This document shows, piece after piece, positions 54,997 through 64,000 of a stretch of 64,000 nt of DNA. Made by a program: the position numbers and the translations under genes. The DNA is from Candidatus Odyssella sp. Lineage in GTDB: Bacteria > Pseudomonadota > Alphaproteobacteria > Paracaedibacterales > CAITNM01. The notes under the pieces were generated by a model that was not told the origin of the DNA, made no database searches, and worked only from the letters and a program-made list of their open reading frames with translations. The DNA lies in assembly GCA_020726185.1 (NCBI GenBank), contig DYTB01000001.1, positions 66,526-130,525 on the forward strand, read 5' to 3'. The first letter of the stretch is position 1; each line of letters opens with the position of its first letter.

Positions 54997-55536
54997 ATGA
55001 CAACAAGACTTGAAGATTTAAAAGCCTATTTGCCGCATGCTTTACAAAATGAAAAAGAGATTTTTCAGTCTCTTACTGAAGAAATTTCAAACAAGGGTTA
55101 TATTTTAACGAAGCTTGACCAGGTGGCAGCATGGGCTCAGAGTGGTTCTTTGTGGCCAATGACTTTTAGCCTTGCCTGTTGTGCCGTAGAGATGATGCAT
55201 AGTGCGGCAAGTCGTTATGATCTTGATAGGTTTGGACTTATTTTTAGACCAAGCCCTAGGCAGGCAGATGTCATGATTGTGGCGGGAACTTTGACGAACA
55301 AAATGGCACCAGCGTTACGTAGAGTTTACGATCAAATGCCAGAACCACGTTGGGTAATTTCTATGGGAAGTTGCGCTAATGGCGGGGGTTATTACCATTA
55401 TTCTTATTCTGTTACTCGTGGATGCGATCGGATTATTCCAGTTGATGTCTACGTTCCTGGCTGCCCACCAACGGCAGAAGCATTGTTTTATGGCATTATG
55501 TTATTGCAGCAAAAAATTACGGGTAAAATCGGTTGA
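54997..55536 (+). CDS. nuoB: NADH-quinone oxidoreductase subunit B
   Basis: It contains [41 protein letters not shown] and PGCPP (N2 cluster ligands). Confidence 0.94.
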   Translation: MTTRLEDLKAYLPHALQNEKEIFQSLTEEISNKGYILTKLDQVAAWAQSGSLWPMTFSLACCAVEMMHSAASRYDLDRFGLIFRPSPRQADVMIVAGTLTNKMAPALRRVYDQMPEPRWVISMGSCANGGGYYHYSYSVTRGCDRIIPVDVYVPGCPPTAEALFYGIMLLQQKITGKIG

Positions 55537-55607
55537 AATCCTAAATCAATATACTTAAGATTGTGATCTCAAAACTTTTTTGTTTGCGGTTATATAAGGA
55601 ATAATAA

Positions 55608-56003
55608 ATGAAGCACGTGTTTTTAAGTTTTTTACTGTTAGTAACAAGTCAATTGTTAGGTGCTGATTTTGACGTAGCTCCAACAAGAGCTTCTTTAAAA
55701 GTGACTTGTTCTATCAAAATGTACACTCGGGATATTGAAATCAGTCAAGGTGCAACAGTTTATAAACATCCTTTTTCCTTGGGAGATTTGATGAATATGA
55801 ACAATATACAGATAGGACTGTATGTAGAAAGAACCTTAGGAGAACTTTCTCTAAGTGCTGAGTTGCTGTCTACACAAAAAAACATGATGCTTTTATTGAA
55901 AGAAGATGAAGATCATGTTGCTGCAATTATAGAATTTTTACACAAAAGCACACGAAATCCCGGAACCATAAGTCCTCTGAATTCTCCAAAATACGTATAT
56001 TGA
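55608..56003 (+). CDS. Hypothetical secreted protein
   Basis: The 131-aa ORF has a signal-like N-terminus (MKHVFLSFLLLVTSQLLGA). It occupies the position where nuoC would be expected. Confidence 0.4.
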   Translation: MKHVFLSFLLLVTSQLLGADFDVAPTRASLKVTCSIKMYTRDIEISQGATVYKHPFSLGDLMNMNNIQIGLYVERTLGELSLSAELLSTQKNMMLLLKEDEDHVAAIIEFLHKSTRNPGTISPLNSPKYVY

Positions 56004-56011
56004 ACCTAAAG

Positions 56012-56254
56012 CTACTTTTCTCCAACGCGAATTTTCTGTGGAAGCTTTATAGCCTCGCTAAGTGCTTCCACATTTTCGCTAGCGGCTTTATTTTCCTGTT
56101 TTATACGTTCATATAATTCTTGGCGTAGAACAGATGAAGTGCTGGGGTATTCGAACCCAAGTTTTACAATGCGTCCATTTATTTCTAGGACTGTGCATAC
56201 AATATCATCATTAATAATAATGGATTCGCCAACTTTGCGACTGAGACTCAGCAT
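56012..56254 (-). CDS. csrA: Carbon storage regulator / translational repressor CsrA
   Basis: [51 protein letters not shown] matches the CsrA consensus (MLiLtRkvGEsi.Igd.I.itvl...g..VrlGi.AP....v.R.Ely..i). Confidence 0.85.
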   Translation of the reverse strand: MLSLSRKVGESIIINDDIVCTVLEINGRIVKLGFEYPSTSSVLRQELYERIKQENKAASENVEALSEAIKLPQKIRVGEK

Positions 56255-56333
56255 ACCTACTCATTCTTATAAATTTAATTAAATGTTAAACAATTTTTTT
56301 ATTATACATAGTAGGAATTTGAAGATTTTTTGT

Positions 56334-56700
56334 ATGAGTCTGTTTGACGATAAGCTCTCATTACTGCTTAACCACCGGCTTACTTGGCTGGGTGCTAGGT
56401 CAAACGTTATTGCACAGAACATTGCTCATGCTGACATTAAGAAAGCTCCGCACAAGGAAATGCGTTCTTTTGGGCAGGTTTTGAAACGTCATGGAGCAAT
56501 CCCAACCAAAAATGGTCAACAGGTAAGAATATTAAGACTTGGAGACAGTGACATTGTTTATAATAAAAAAAAGCGATTAATAGAGAGTCGGAAATGCTAG
56601 AAATGTCAAAAAATGTGCTTGAGCATGATGCAATTTTAAGTACGGTTAAAAACTTTCATCAACTGGTGAAAACAATTCTAAGCATGTCACAAGGAGGATA
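56334..56700 (+). pseudogene. flgB: Flagellar basal-body rod protein FlgB with a frameshift in an A8 tract
   Basis: The N-terminal part reads MSLFDDKLSLLLNHRLTWLGARSNVIAQNIAHADIKK (FlgB pattern R..vIa.NiAnadT). This frame stops at 56598-56600. The +1 frame continues as AINRESEMLEMSKNVLEHDAILSTVKNFHQLVKTIL, ends at 56700 and carries the RBS for flgC. The frames meet at the A8 run 56565-56572. Confidence 0.75.
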
Positions 56701-56706
56701 ATTTCT

Positions 56707-57141
56707 ATGACTTTTAATAAATCACAGTCTACTCTTACTCGCGCTTTGTATGTTGCTACCTCAGGAATGGTTGTGCAAAACAAACGTATGCTGATAATTT
56801 CTGAAAATCTTGCGAATGCAGGAGTGAAAAATACTGTGGCTGGTGAAATGCCATATAGGCGCCGTATCCCTGCTTTTAAAACCTACTACGATAAGAAAAT
56901 GAAAGCTGAATTAATTACCTTGGGGAAAATTCACCATGACAAAACACCTTTTCCTAAGGTGTATGCTCCTGATGATCCGGCAGCTGATAAAGATGGATTT
57001 GTGTACGAATCAAACGTTAAATCTATTCTTGAAATGGCTGATATGCGAGAAGCATCTCGCGGCCATGAAGGTAATCTAAAAGTCTATGAACGTATACTGG
57101 CGATGCTGCAAAACACGATAAATCTTTTAAAGAACAACTAG
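56707..57141 (+). CDS. flgC: Flagellar basal-body rod protein FlgC
   Basis: The sequence reads ALYVATSGMVVQNKRMLIISENLANA...YAPDDPAADKDGFVYESNVKSILEMADMREASRGHEGNLKV. Confidence 0.88.
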   Translation: MTFNKSQSTLTRALYVATSGMVVQNKRMLIISENLANAGVKNTVAGEMPYRRRIPAFKTYYDKKMKAELITLGKIHHDKTPFPKVYAPDDPAADKDGFVYESNVKSILEMADMREASRGHEGNLKVYERILAMLQNTINLLKNN

Positions 57142-57205
57142 CACTTGACCTTTCTGAGCTTCCCTCTCATATTTTATGAAGTTCAACTTGTTGAGTATTA
57201 ATATT

Positions 57206-57625
57206 ATGACAAAATTAAAAGGATCGAAAACCGAACAAAACCTTAAGGATGCGTTCGCAGGTGAATCACAAGCAAATCGCCGGTATTTATATTTTGCTCA
57301 AAAAGCAGATATTGAAGGCTATAATGATGTTGCTGCAGTATTTCGTTCAACTGCTGAAGGTGAAACTGGGCATGCGCATGGACATCTTGAGTTTTTAGAA
57401 GAAGTGGGTGACCCAGCTACTGGTCTTCCTATTGGCGCAACAACAGATAACCTAAAGGCTGCTATTGCTGGTGAAACCCACGAGTATACAGATATGTATC
57501 CTGGCATGGCTAAATCAGCACGCGAAGAAGGTTTTGACGAAATTGCTAATTGGTTTGAAACGTTGGCAAAAGCAGAAAAATCCCATGCAGGACGTTTCCA
57601 AAAAGCTTTAGACACAATGGCATAA
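57206..57625 (+). CDS. Rubrerythrin-family diiron protein (ferritin-like domain only, no rubredoxin domain)
   Basis: The ORF from the ATG at 57206 reads [31 protein letters not shown]...[13 protein letters not shown]...AGETHEY...AEKSHAGRF (ExxH diiron motifs). Confidence 0.8.
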   Translation: MTKLKGSKTEQNLKDAFAGESQANRRYLYFAQKADIEGYNDVAAVFRSTAEGETGHAHGHLEFLEEVGDPATGLPIGATTDNLKAAIAGETHEYTDMYPGMAKSAREEGFDEIANWFETLAKAEKSHAGRFQKALDTMA

Positions 57626-57626
57626 T

Positions 57627-58883
57627 ATGACTAAATTGCAGCCTGTTCGAGGAACCCGTGATTTTCTAGGTGATTTTGCGAGGTGTATTCAATACATTCA
57701 AGATACAACCTTTTTAACTGCTCGTCAGTTTGGGTTTGAGCGTATTGATACCCCAATTTTTGAATACACCGGGGTTTTTAAGCGGGCTGTAGGTGAAACT
57801 AGCGATATTGTTGGCAAAGAAATGTACACGTTTTCAGATCGTGGGGGGGAAGAAATTACCCTGCGGCCTGAAGGCACAGCACCTGTGGTACGAGCGCTTC
57901 TTTCCAATAGTCTTACACAGCAGTTGCCATTAAAATATTGCTACTACGGTCCCATGTTTCGATATGAGCGACCTCAACGTGGTAGATACAGGCAATTGCA
58001 CCAGTTTGGTGTTGAATTTTTTGGGGTAGATAACCCTTGTGCCGATGTTGAAATGTTAGACTTAGCACAGCAAATTCTTGATCGATTAGAAATTAATGCA
58101 AGTTTGCACTTAAATACTATAGGGGATTCGCAAAGCAGAGATGCGTATCGGGTTGCATTAATTGAGTATTTTTCTAAATATCGAAGCGAGCTTTCAGAAG
58201 ATAGTCAGCAACGATTAGATAAAAATCCTATGCGTATTCTGGATTCTAAAGATTTAAACGATAAACGTATTGCAGAAGATGCGCCAAAAATTTCAGCACA
58301 TTTAACGACTGCTGCTGCGCAGTTTTTTGAAAAAGTGAGTGAAGGATTAGAAGTGCTTGGCATTAAATATACTCTCGATCCTACCTTGGTACGTGGCCTT
58401 GATTACTACACCCATACAGCATTTGAATTTAAAAGTACGGATCTTGGAGCTCAAGATGCTGTCTTGGGTGGCGGCAGATATGATGGTTTGGTTCAGCATA
58501 TGGGGGGGCCATCAATTCCAGCTGTTGGTTGGGGCATGGGGGTTGATCGTATTGCTTTGCTTTTAGAAAACAGAGCATTTGCAAAACCAGTGCCGATTGT
58601 AATCATTGTGATCGGTGATTATTTTTCTAAAGCACTACAATTAGCAAAAGCTTTCAGAGAAAAAGGTAATGTCTGCGAAATACTTTATAAAACAAATCCA
58701 GGAAAAGCTTTTAAAGATGCCGATAAACTTGGCGCGCGCTTCGCTATTATCATTGGAGAAGAAGAAACCAAAACCAATACGGTTAAAGTTAAAGACTTAA
58801 GTCTACCGCAAGATCATCCACAAAAAGAACGCACCATGAAAAACAGTGAAGTGCTTGAAATGCTGTGTGCTGAACATGCGTGA
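57627..58883 (+). CDS. hisS: Histidine--tRNA ligase
   Basis: It contains [45 protein letters not shown] and GGGRYDGL. Confidence 0.93.
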   Translation: MTKLQPVRGTRDFLGDFARCIQYIQDTTFLTARQFGFERIDTPIFEYTGVFKRAVGETSDIVGKEMYTFSDRGGEEITLRPEGTAPVVRALLSNSLTQQLPLKYCYYGPMFRYERPQRGRYRQLHQFGVEFFGVDNPCADVEMLDLAQQILDRLEINASLHLNTIGDSQSRDAYRVALIEYFSKYRSELSEDSQQRLDKNPMRILDSKDLNDKRIAEDAPKISAHLTTAAAQFFEKVSEGLEVLGIKYTLDPTLVRGLDYYTHTAFEFKSTDLGAQDAVLGGGRYDGLVQHMGGPSIPAVGWGMGVDRIALLLENRAFAKPVPIVIIVIGDYFSKALQLAKAFREKGNVCEILYKTNPGKAFKDADKLGARFAIIIGEEETKTNTVKVKDLSLPQDHPQKERTMKNSEVLEMLCAEHA

Positions 58884-59040
58884 ATCAGTTATTGTTTCTG
58901 AAAAAGAAGTAATGTGTGATGGTTCGGTGGATGGTAAAACACTTGGGCATCCACGTGTTTATTTATCTATTCAAACAGATGATCGAATAGAATGCACTTA
59001 TTGCGGGAAAGTGTTTGTGTATGACTGTTCCCAAAACTGA
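58876..59040 (+). CDS. zf-CHCC zinc-finger protein (NDUFS6-C-terminal-like)
   Basis: The ORF from the ATG at 58876 reads [49 protein letters not shown], which fits the zf-CHCC pattern. Confidence 0.65.
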   Translation: MRESVIVSEKEVMCDGSVDGKTLGHPRVYLSIQTDDRIECTYCGKVFVYDCSQN

Positions 59041-59836
59041 TTTTTGTTGTCACTTAACAAACCGCACCATCATTGAAATACAGGGTAGTGACCGTGAAGC
59101 ATTTCTGCAGGGAATTATTACTCAAGATATAAAACTCCTGGATCGTCAGTCCATTATTTACAGCTTAATGCTATCTCCTCAAGGAAAATTTCAATTTGAT
59201 TTTTTTATAATTCGTACTGGTGATTCGTGGTTTATTGATATTGATGCAACGCGTGCTCATGCATTTGTACAGCGATTACAATTATTCAAATTACGTTCTG
59301 ATGTTAGCATTAATATAAATACCGATTGGCAGATTGGAGTTAGCTCAGCTCAAGTTGAAGTTGAAAACTGTTTTTTTGATCCTCGCTTAAAGGAGCTTGG
59401 TTACCGATTTTATGATAAGAAAATAGTTTCTGAAGCATCAAGTGACGTTTATGAAAACATGCGTATAAGCCTAGGTATTCCAGATGGAGCCCATGACATG
59501 GTTGTGGATAAATCAATTCCTTTAGAGTGGGGTATAGATGAACTTAGTGCCATTGCTTGGACCAAAGGTTGTTACATGGGGCAAGAACTGACAGCGCGTT
59601 CTCGTTATGTTGGGCAAATTCGCAAACGTGCTTTTCCAATTAGTTTCAGCGTACCTGGTGAATGTATCGTTGGAGATAAGCTTGTAGCTAATGGGCACGA
59701 GGTTGGAGAGCTGCGTGCAGCCAATGGTAGTGTTGGGATTGCATTGCTGAAATTAGAAGCCCTGCAGTCCGAAATAGTGATAAATGGTCATTCCGTAAGG
59801 GTAAGTAAGCCTAGTTGGATGCAGTTACCTGAGTAG
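59015..59836 (+). CDS. ygfZ: Folate-binding Fe-S cluster repair / tRNA-modification protein YgfZ (GcvT-like)
   Basis: The signature KGCYMGQE is present in a 273-aa GcvT-fold-sized protein. Confidence 0.8.
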   Translation: MCMTVPKTDFCCHLTNRTIIEIQGSDREAFLQGIITQDIKLLDRQSIIYSLMLSPQGKFQFDFFIIRTGDSWFIDIDATRAHAFVQRLQLFKLRSDVSININTDWQIGVSSAQVEVENCFFDPRLKELGYRFYDKKIVSEASSDVYENMRISLGIPDGAHDMVVDKSIPLEWGIDELSAIAWTKGCYMGQELTARSRYVGQIRKRAFPISFSVPGECIVGDKLVANGHEVGELRAANGSVGIALLKLEALQSEIVINGHSVRVSKPSWMQLPE

Positions 59837-59903
59837 ACCGCTTATTGCCCCCTTTATTGTTAAAATTTTATCATTTAAGCTTATACCAATATCTTTTAAA
59901 ATT

Positions 59904-61013
59904 TTGGGTTCTATGTCTGGTATACGGCGCAGTGCGTTTATTTCTATTTGTTTTATATGCATAATGTTAGGCGTGCTTGTAGCACTGTTTCCGCAGGCAA
60001 AATCTGCATTTGTAACCAATATTCCCTTGAATGGTACTATTTTAGCATTGTTTTTGTTTGGAGTTTTGTACAATGCCTACTTGTTTTTCTTTCTAAGGCA
60101 AGAAGCTATATGGTTTTCATTTTTTGAAAAATCACGTGACCATGAAACTAGCGCTCCAAAGCCAAGGGCGTTGAAACCTTTACAGCAGCTATTTCAGCAA
60201 ACTCGACCATCAAGCTTTATGTTGCAGGCAACGTTTGGAAGTATTCAAAATCGGTTTGATGAGAGTAGGGATATTAATCGCTACATAACAGGGCTGCTTG
60301 TTTTTCTAGGACTTCTGGGTACTTTTTGGGGATTATCCCATACGGTGACAGCAATTTCTGGCGTAATTTCTAGCATTGATTTGCAAGCGGGGGATATTCA
60401 AGATGCGTTTAAGACACTAAAGGACGGATTGCGAGCGCCTTTAGTTGGTATGGGAACTGCATTTAGTTCATCATTATTTGGGTTGCTTGGATCACTGATT
60501 ATTGGCTTTATTGATGTGCAATATAACAAGGGAATCCAAGGATTTTTCTATTATATTGAAGAGCGAATTCATTTTGGAAAACTTAACATTGGAAGTGCTG
60601 AAGGACAGAATGCTGGGCAAACTTATTCACAGAGTGTCTTTGAACAAGCAGCAGAAAGTATGCAGCTTTTGGCTCAGCAGTTGCAGCGTGGAGAAGAAAA
60701 TCGCCAGCAGTATATGCGTGGATTGACTGATCTTGCAGAAAAATTAAATATGCTGACTGACCAACAAAATCAGCAATTAGCAGCATTGCAAAACGTTGCG
60801 CAGAGCCAATTTAATATGCAGCAACTGCTAAGTCGTCAATCTGAAGTGGCAACAGATACTACTAAATATTGGCGTAGTCTAGACTCTCAGATGGTTAGAA
60901 TTCATGACGATATAACAACTGGGCGCCAACAGCTAAGCCGCGAGGTGTGCGAGGAAATTCGTACAGTGGCTAGAATACTCGCGGCTTTAGGTGAAGGACG
61001 TGATGCGGCTTAG
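59904..61013 (+). CDS. MotA/TolQ/ExbB proton-channel-family protein with a Gln-rich coiled-coil C-terminal tail
   Basis: It has four TM segments. The channel motif region reads GLLVFLGLLGTFWGLSHTV...GMGTAFSSSLFGLLGSLIIGFI. The C-terminal ~150 aa are a heptad-like Q/L-rich sequence. No MotB/ExbD/TolR partner gene is adjacent. Confidence 0.6.
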   Translation: MGSMSGIRRSAFISICFICIMLGVLVALFPQAKSAFVTNIPLNGTILALFLFGVLYNAYLFFFLRQEAIWFSFFEKSRDHETSAPKPRALKPLQQLFQQTRPSSFMLQATFGSIQNRFDESRDINRYITGLLVFLGLLGTFWGLSHTVTAISGVISSIDLQAGDIQDAFKTLKDGLRAPLVGMGTAFSSSLFGLLGSLIIGFIDVQYNKGIQGFFYYIEERIHFGKLNIGSAEGQNAGQTYSQSVFEQAAESMQLLAQQLQRGEENRQQYMRGLTDLAEKLNMLTDQQNQQLAALQNVAQSQFNMQQLLSRQSEVATDTTKYWRSLDSQMVRIHDDITTGRQQLSREVCEEIRTVARILAALGEGRDAA

Positions 61014-62587
61014 ACGTTGTGTGTGCCAAGAATAGTTCTCACTCTTTCTGAGCTTCTGCCTACTGGCTTCTTTTTGACTGGTGAATTTGGTGCTGTATTT
61101 TCTTTGCCTATTAGTATTAGTGGATCTTCCGAATCAGCTTTTTCTCTTGCATTACGATCTCTTTTTTCTGGTTGAGTAGATTTTTGAGATGCTTCATCGC
61201 TTGATTTGGCAATACTAATTTCTTGAACTCCTTGAGTAACTGAAGATGATGATCTCTGCAATTTTCCAGCAGAACCTCTTTTGGCTACGATTTTTTTTCT
61301 TCCAATTGGCGATGCTTCATCGCTTAATGAACCATCAGTTACAGTACTGCTTACGCTAACTCTGCGTATTTGTTGTACAAAAGAAGAAGATGATGCTACT
61401 GAGTCTCTTGAATTACTGTCATCAGAGGTACCATATTCAAATTCAGATGCAAAAGAAGTTCTTCCGCTCGAGAAGCTATCACGTCCTAATGATAAGTCAG
61501 AAGCTATGAAAACTTCAGTGTCGTCATCGCTATCTTCTAGTGCAGCTGCATGTTGTGCGTTTTGAGCTATTACGCGGTCAAAACCTTCTCTTAATTTTGT
61601 TGATTTTTTGAATTTAACTTCAGTGCCGTTTGGAATGATTGTAAGGTTTCCTCTGTATTCTTTTGTAAACATCAGAAAGTTAGAGGTTTCTTCTGAAACA
61701 CTGTCTTCATCATCTAATATGTGAGCAGTTGCTTTTGCCAACGTAAGAAAGGCGGTTAGTTTATTTATATAATAAGCTTCAGAGCTAGCTATAGCTCTAT
61801 TAATAAGGGTTTCTCTTTCTGATTTATGGTATTCCTTAAATTTTCCTTTATGTTCGCTATGACAAAGATAGCTTACAGTTTCTTGATTTTGATATGTATG
61901 ATGAATTTCTGAGACACCGCTATGACTTAGAGGGTTTTGCCCATTAAGCATTCTACGCACATTATACTCGCTATAAACAACACCTTCATCAAGAGTTAGT
62001 GTGGCTTGTTGATATAAGCCGAATCCTTTGTTTGGTTGTGTCATCCATTTTGGAATAAAATACGTATTACCAAAATGAGTGCTAACTAGGCAGAAATTGT
62101 CAGCTCCTACTGACTTTAAAAAGTCTGCAGGTCCTTTTGAAGTAAAAAGGGTCGATGGATTACCCTTAATGTCATGTAAATGTGTTCCATTGGCAGCAGT
62201 GTTTTCTGGTGTATAGTGTGCGCCCTTGCGCTGAAATTTTTGCAAGAAAACAGGAAGTAATGCATCAAAACATCTTTTTATATCATGAACTATAATTTTA
62301 GTTTTTTTATCATCTGGATGGCCCTCTGAAAAGCCTTCTGTATTGCCAAAAAGAATATGTATTTTTTGAATTTCTTCAATTGAACGTGCTAACAGCCATG
62401 ATAAAGATTCTATTTGAGCATCTGTCAGAGGAGTAGGTGCTGGAGCAGCGTTGGCGACGATATTAGGTTGAGGGGATCCTGGTAGAGGAGGAATAGGATC
62501 TTCACCATTAAAACTTGCATTAATAGGCAGAATAAAAATTGCTGAAATAAGAACGCTAAAAAGTTTTTTAAAAATAAAATTATTCAT
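61010..62587 (-). CDS. Hypothetical secreted protein with a Ser/Asp-rich disordered C-terminal half
   Basis: It has a signal-like N-terminus (MNNFIFKKLFSVLISAIFILPINA). The central region contains SEIHHTYQNQETVSYLCHSEHKGKFKEYH, an HH..N..H..H spacing reminiscent of the HNH/EndoVII fold. The C-terminal ~200 aa are low complexity. Confidence 0.45.
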   Translation of the reverse strand: MNNFIFKKLFSVLISAIFILPINASFNGEDPIPPLPGSPQPNIVANAAPAPTPLTDAQIESLSWLLARSIEEIQKIHILFGNTEGFSEGHPDDKKTKIIVHDIKRCFDALLPVFLQKFQRKGAHYTPENTAANGTHLHDIKGNPSTLFTSKGPADFLKSVGADNFCLVSTHFGNTYFIPKWMTQPNKGFGLYQQATLTLDEGVVYSEYNVRRMLNGQNPLSHSGVSEIHHTYQNQETVSYLCHSEHKGKFKEYHKSERETLINRAIASSEAYYINKLTAFLTLAKATAHILDDEDSVSEETSNFLMFTKEYRGNLTIIPNGTEVKFKKSTKLREGFDRVIAQNAQHAAALEDSDDDTEVFIASDLSLGRDSFSSGRTSFASEFEYGTSDDSNSRDSVASSSSFVQQIRRVSVSSTVTDGSLSDEASPIGRKKIVAKRGSAGKLQRSSSSVTQGVQEISIAKSSDEASQKSTQPEKRDRNAREKADSEDPLILIGKENTAPNSPVKKKPVGRSSERVRTILGTHNV

Positions 62588-62785
62588 TTGTTGATTTCGT
62601 TAATACAATGCATCGCACATATATGTCAAAAAGATAAAAATTAGTCAATATAGTTCTTAAAAATAATTTAAAAATTGTTTATTTGGTAATTAATTAAATG
62701 CGATTTGGATGTTTACAAAATTGATCTTTTCATATTCTTCGGTCTGTATGCTAGGCTTGTTCCAGCTAATATCTAATTAAGTTCA

Positions 62786-64000
62786 ATGATGTCTTATAAC
62801 GTAACTTTGATTCCAGGAGACGGGATCGGCCCAGAGGTAACAACATCAGCGCGTCAAATTATTGATGCTACTGGTGTGAAAATTAATTGGGAAATTTGTG
62901 AAGCGGGCGCTGAGGTTTTTAAAAAAGGTATGGCGACTGGTGTTCCACAAGAAACAGTTGATTCTATTAACAGAAATAAGGTTGCCCTAAAGGGGCCGCT
63001 TGCAACACCCGTGGGGTTTGGTGAAAAAAGTGCCAATGTAACATTACGAAAGATGTTTGAAACCTATGGAAACATTCGACCAGTAAAAGAATTCCCAGGA
63101 GTGGTTACTCCTTATAGTGGTCGCGGTATTGATTTAGTAATTGTGCGTGAAAATGTTGAAGACCTTTATGCTGGCATTGAACATATGCAAACACCAAATG
63201 TGGCTCAATGTTTAAAGCTTATATCCAGAAAAGGTTGCGAAAAAATTGTACGTTTAGGATTTGAATTTGCCCGTAGTCAAAACCGTAAAACCATTCACTG
63301 TGCCACTAAAGCAAACATAATGAAGTTTAGCGAAGGTATGCTAAAGCGAACTTTTGAAGATATTTCAAAAGAATATCCAGATATCGAAGCTCAGCATATT
63401 ATTGTAGATAACTGCGCGCATCAATTAGTAAAAAAACCTGAACAATTTGAAGTAATTGTAACGACTAATATGAATGGGGATATCTTAAGTGATTTATCTT
63501 CTGCGTTGGTTGGTGGTCTTGGCTTTGCGCCTGGTGCCAATATTGGTGACAACGCCTGCATTTTTGAAGCAGTGCACGGTTCTGCGCCTAAATATGCAGG
63601 GAAAAACAATATTAATCCTATGGCGGTTATATTATCAGGCGTTATGATGCTTCGTCATTTGGGAGAATTTAAAGCCGCTCTAGATATAGAGCATGCATTA
63701 TATATAACTTGTGCTGTTGATAAAATTCTGACTCGTGACGTGGTAGGCGATGCAAAAGGTGCTTCACCACTTTGTTTACAGAATCTGTCATTAAAAACCT
63801 TGGAAAACGCTATGAAGGCATTCACGATCGTGCTTATAAAGCAATTAATGTTGATAACTCAACCATTCCTGTAGCGCCAATTCAGGTTAAAGAGCGTTTT
63901 GTTGAAGGGGTAGATGTATTTTTTGAAAACACTAAACCAGTAAATGAATTTGGAAAATTAATGGAAGCTGCAGCAAACGAGGCTTCAGTGAAGTTAAAGC
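62786..64000 (+). CDS. icd: Isocitrate dehydrogenase of the isocitrate/isopropylmalate dehydrogenase family (long Rickettsia-type form) with an apparent 1-nt frameshift; the 3-prime end lies beyond the window
   Basis: It contains LIPGDGIGPEV, NVTLRK, IVRENVEDLYAGIEH, NMNGDILSDL and FEAVHGSAPKYAGK. The annotated frame degenerates after GDAKGAS (about 63764-63766). The +2 frame continues sensibly (TTLFTESVIKNLGKRYEGIHDRAYKAINVDNSTIPVAPIQVKERFVEGVDVFFEN...) to the window end. Confidence 0.8.

Overview
This is an AT-rich bacterial chromosome segment. Its gene content looks alphaproteobacterial: nuoAB, ubiA, an ELM1-like DUF1022 protein, a FYDLN_acid protein and a Rickettsia-type long Icd. The AT-richness and the number of broken genes suggest a host-associated or intracellular lineage, but that is inference, not a database result. 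Most of the window is housekeeping: typA, pheST, holC, fabF-acpP, ychF, ileS-lspA, truA, rnj, fmt, nuoAB, hisS, ygfZ, icd, an RND efflux pair, and flgBC with csrA. Three accessory regions stand out. (1) A roughly 14 kb integrative island sits in tRNA-Arg(CCT) at 18487-32530. It is bounded by a 46-bp direct repeat and carries a P4-type integrase, a CI/LexA-like repressor, an HTH-less LuxR-type ligand-binding protein, and a large secreted polymorphic-toxin-like gene followed by immunity-like cassettes. It also carries a DUF3857/transglutaminase membrane protein and a three-copy repeat family containing dense CCGTCCA (TGGACGG on the other strand) heptamer arrays. (2) A four-gene type VI secretion mini-locus at 39514-42984 encodes the sheath as one fused TssB-TssC polypeptide, followed by a divergent Hcp, TssE and an unknown coiled-coil protein. 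(3) A tandem pair of secreted paralogs at 1258-2498 has an Inc-like double hydrophobic hairpin. At least seven otherwise intact genes carry a single in-frame stop or frameshift: ldtD-like, toxin (two lesions), transglutaminase, M16 peptidase, flgB and icd. This indicates either ongoing gene erosion or consensus errors. No CRISPR array, rRNA or transposase was seen. All functional calls come from motif recognition in the translated ORFs; no searches were run.
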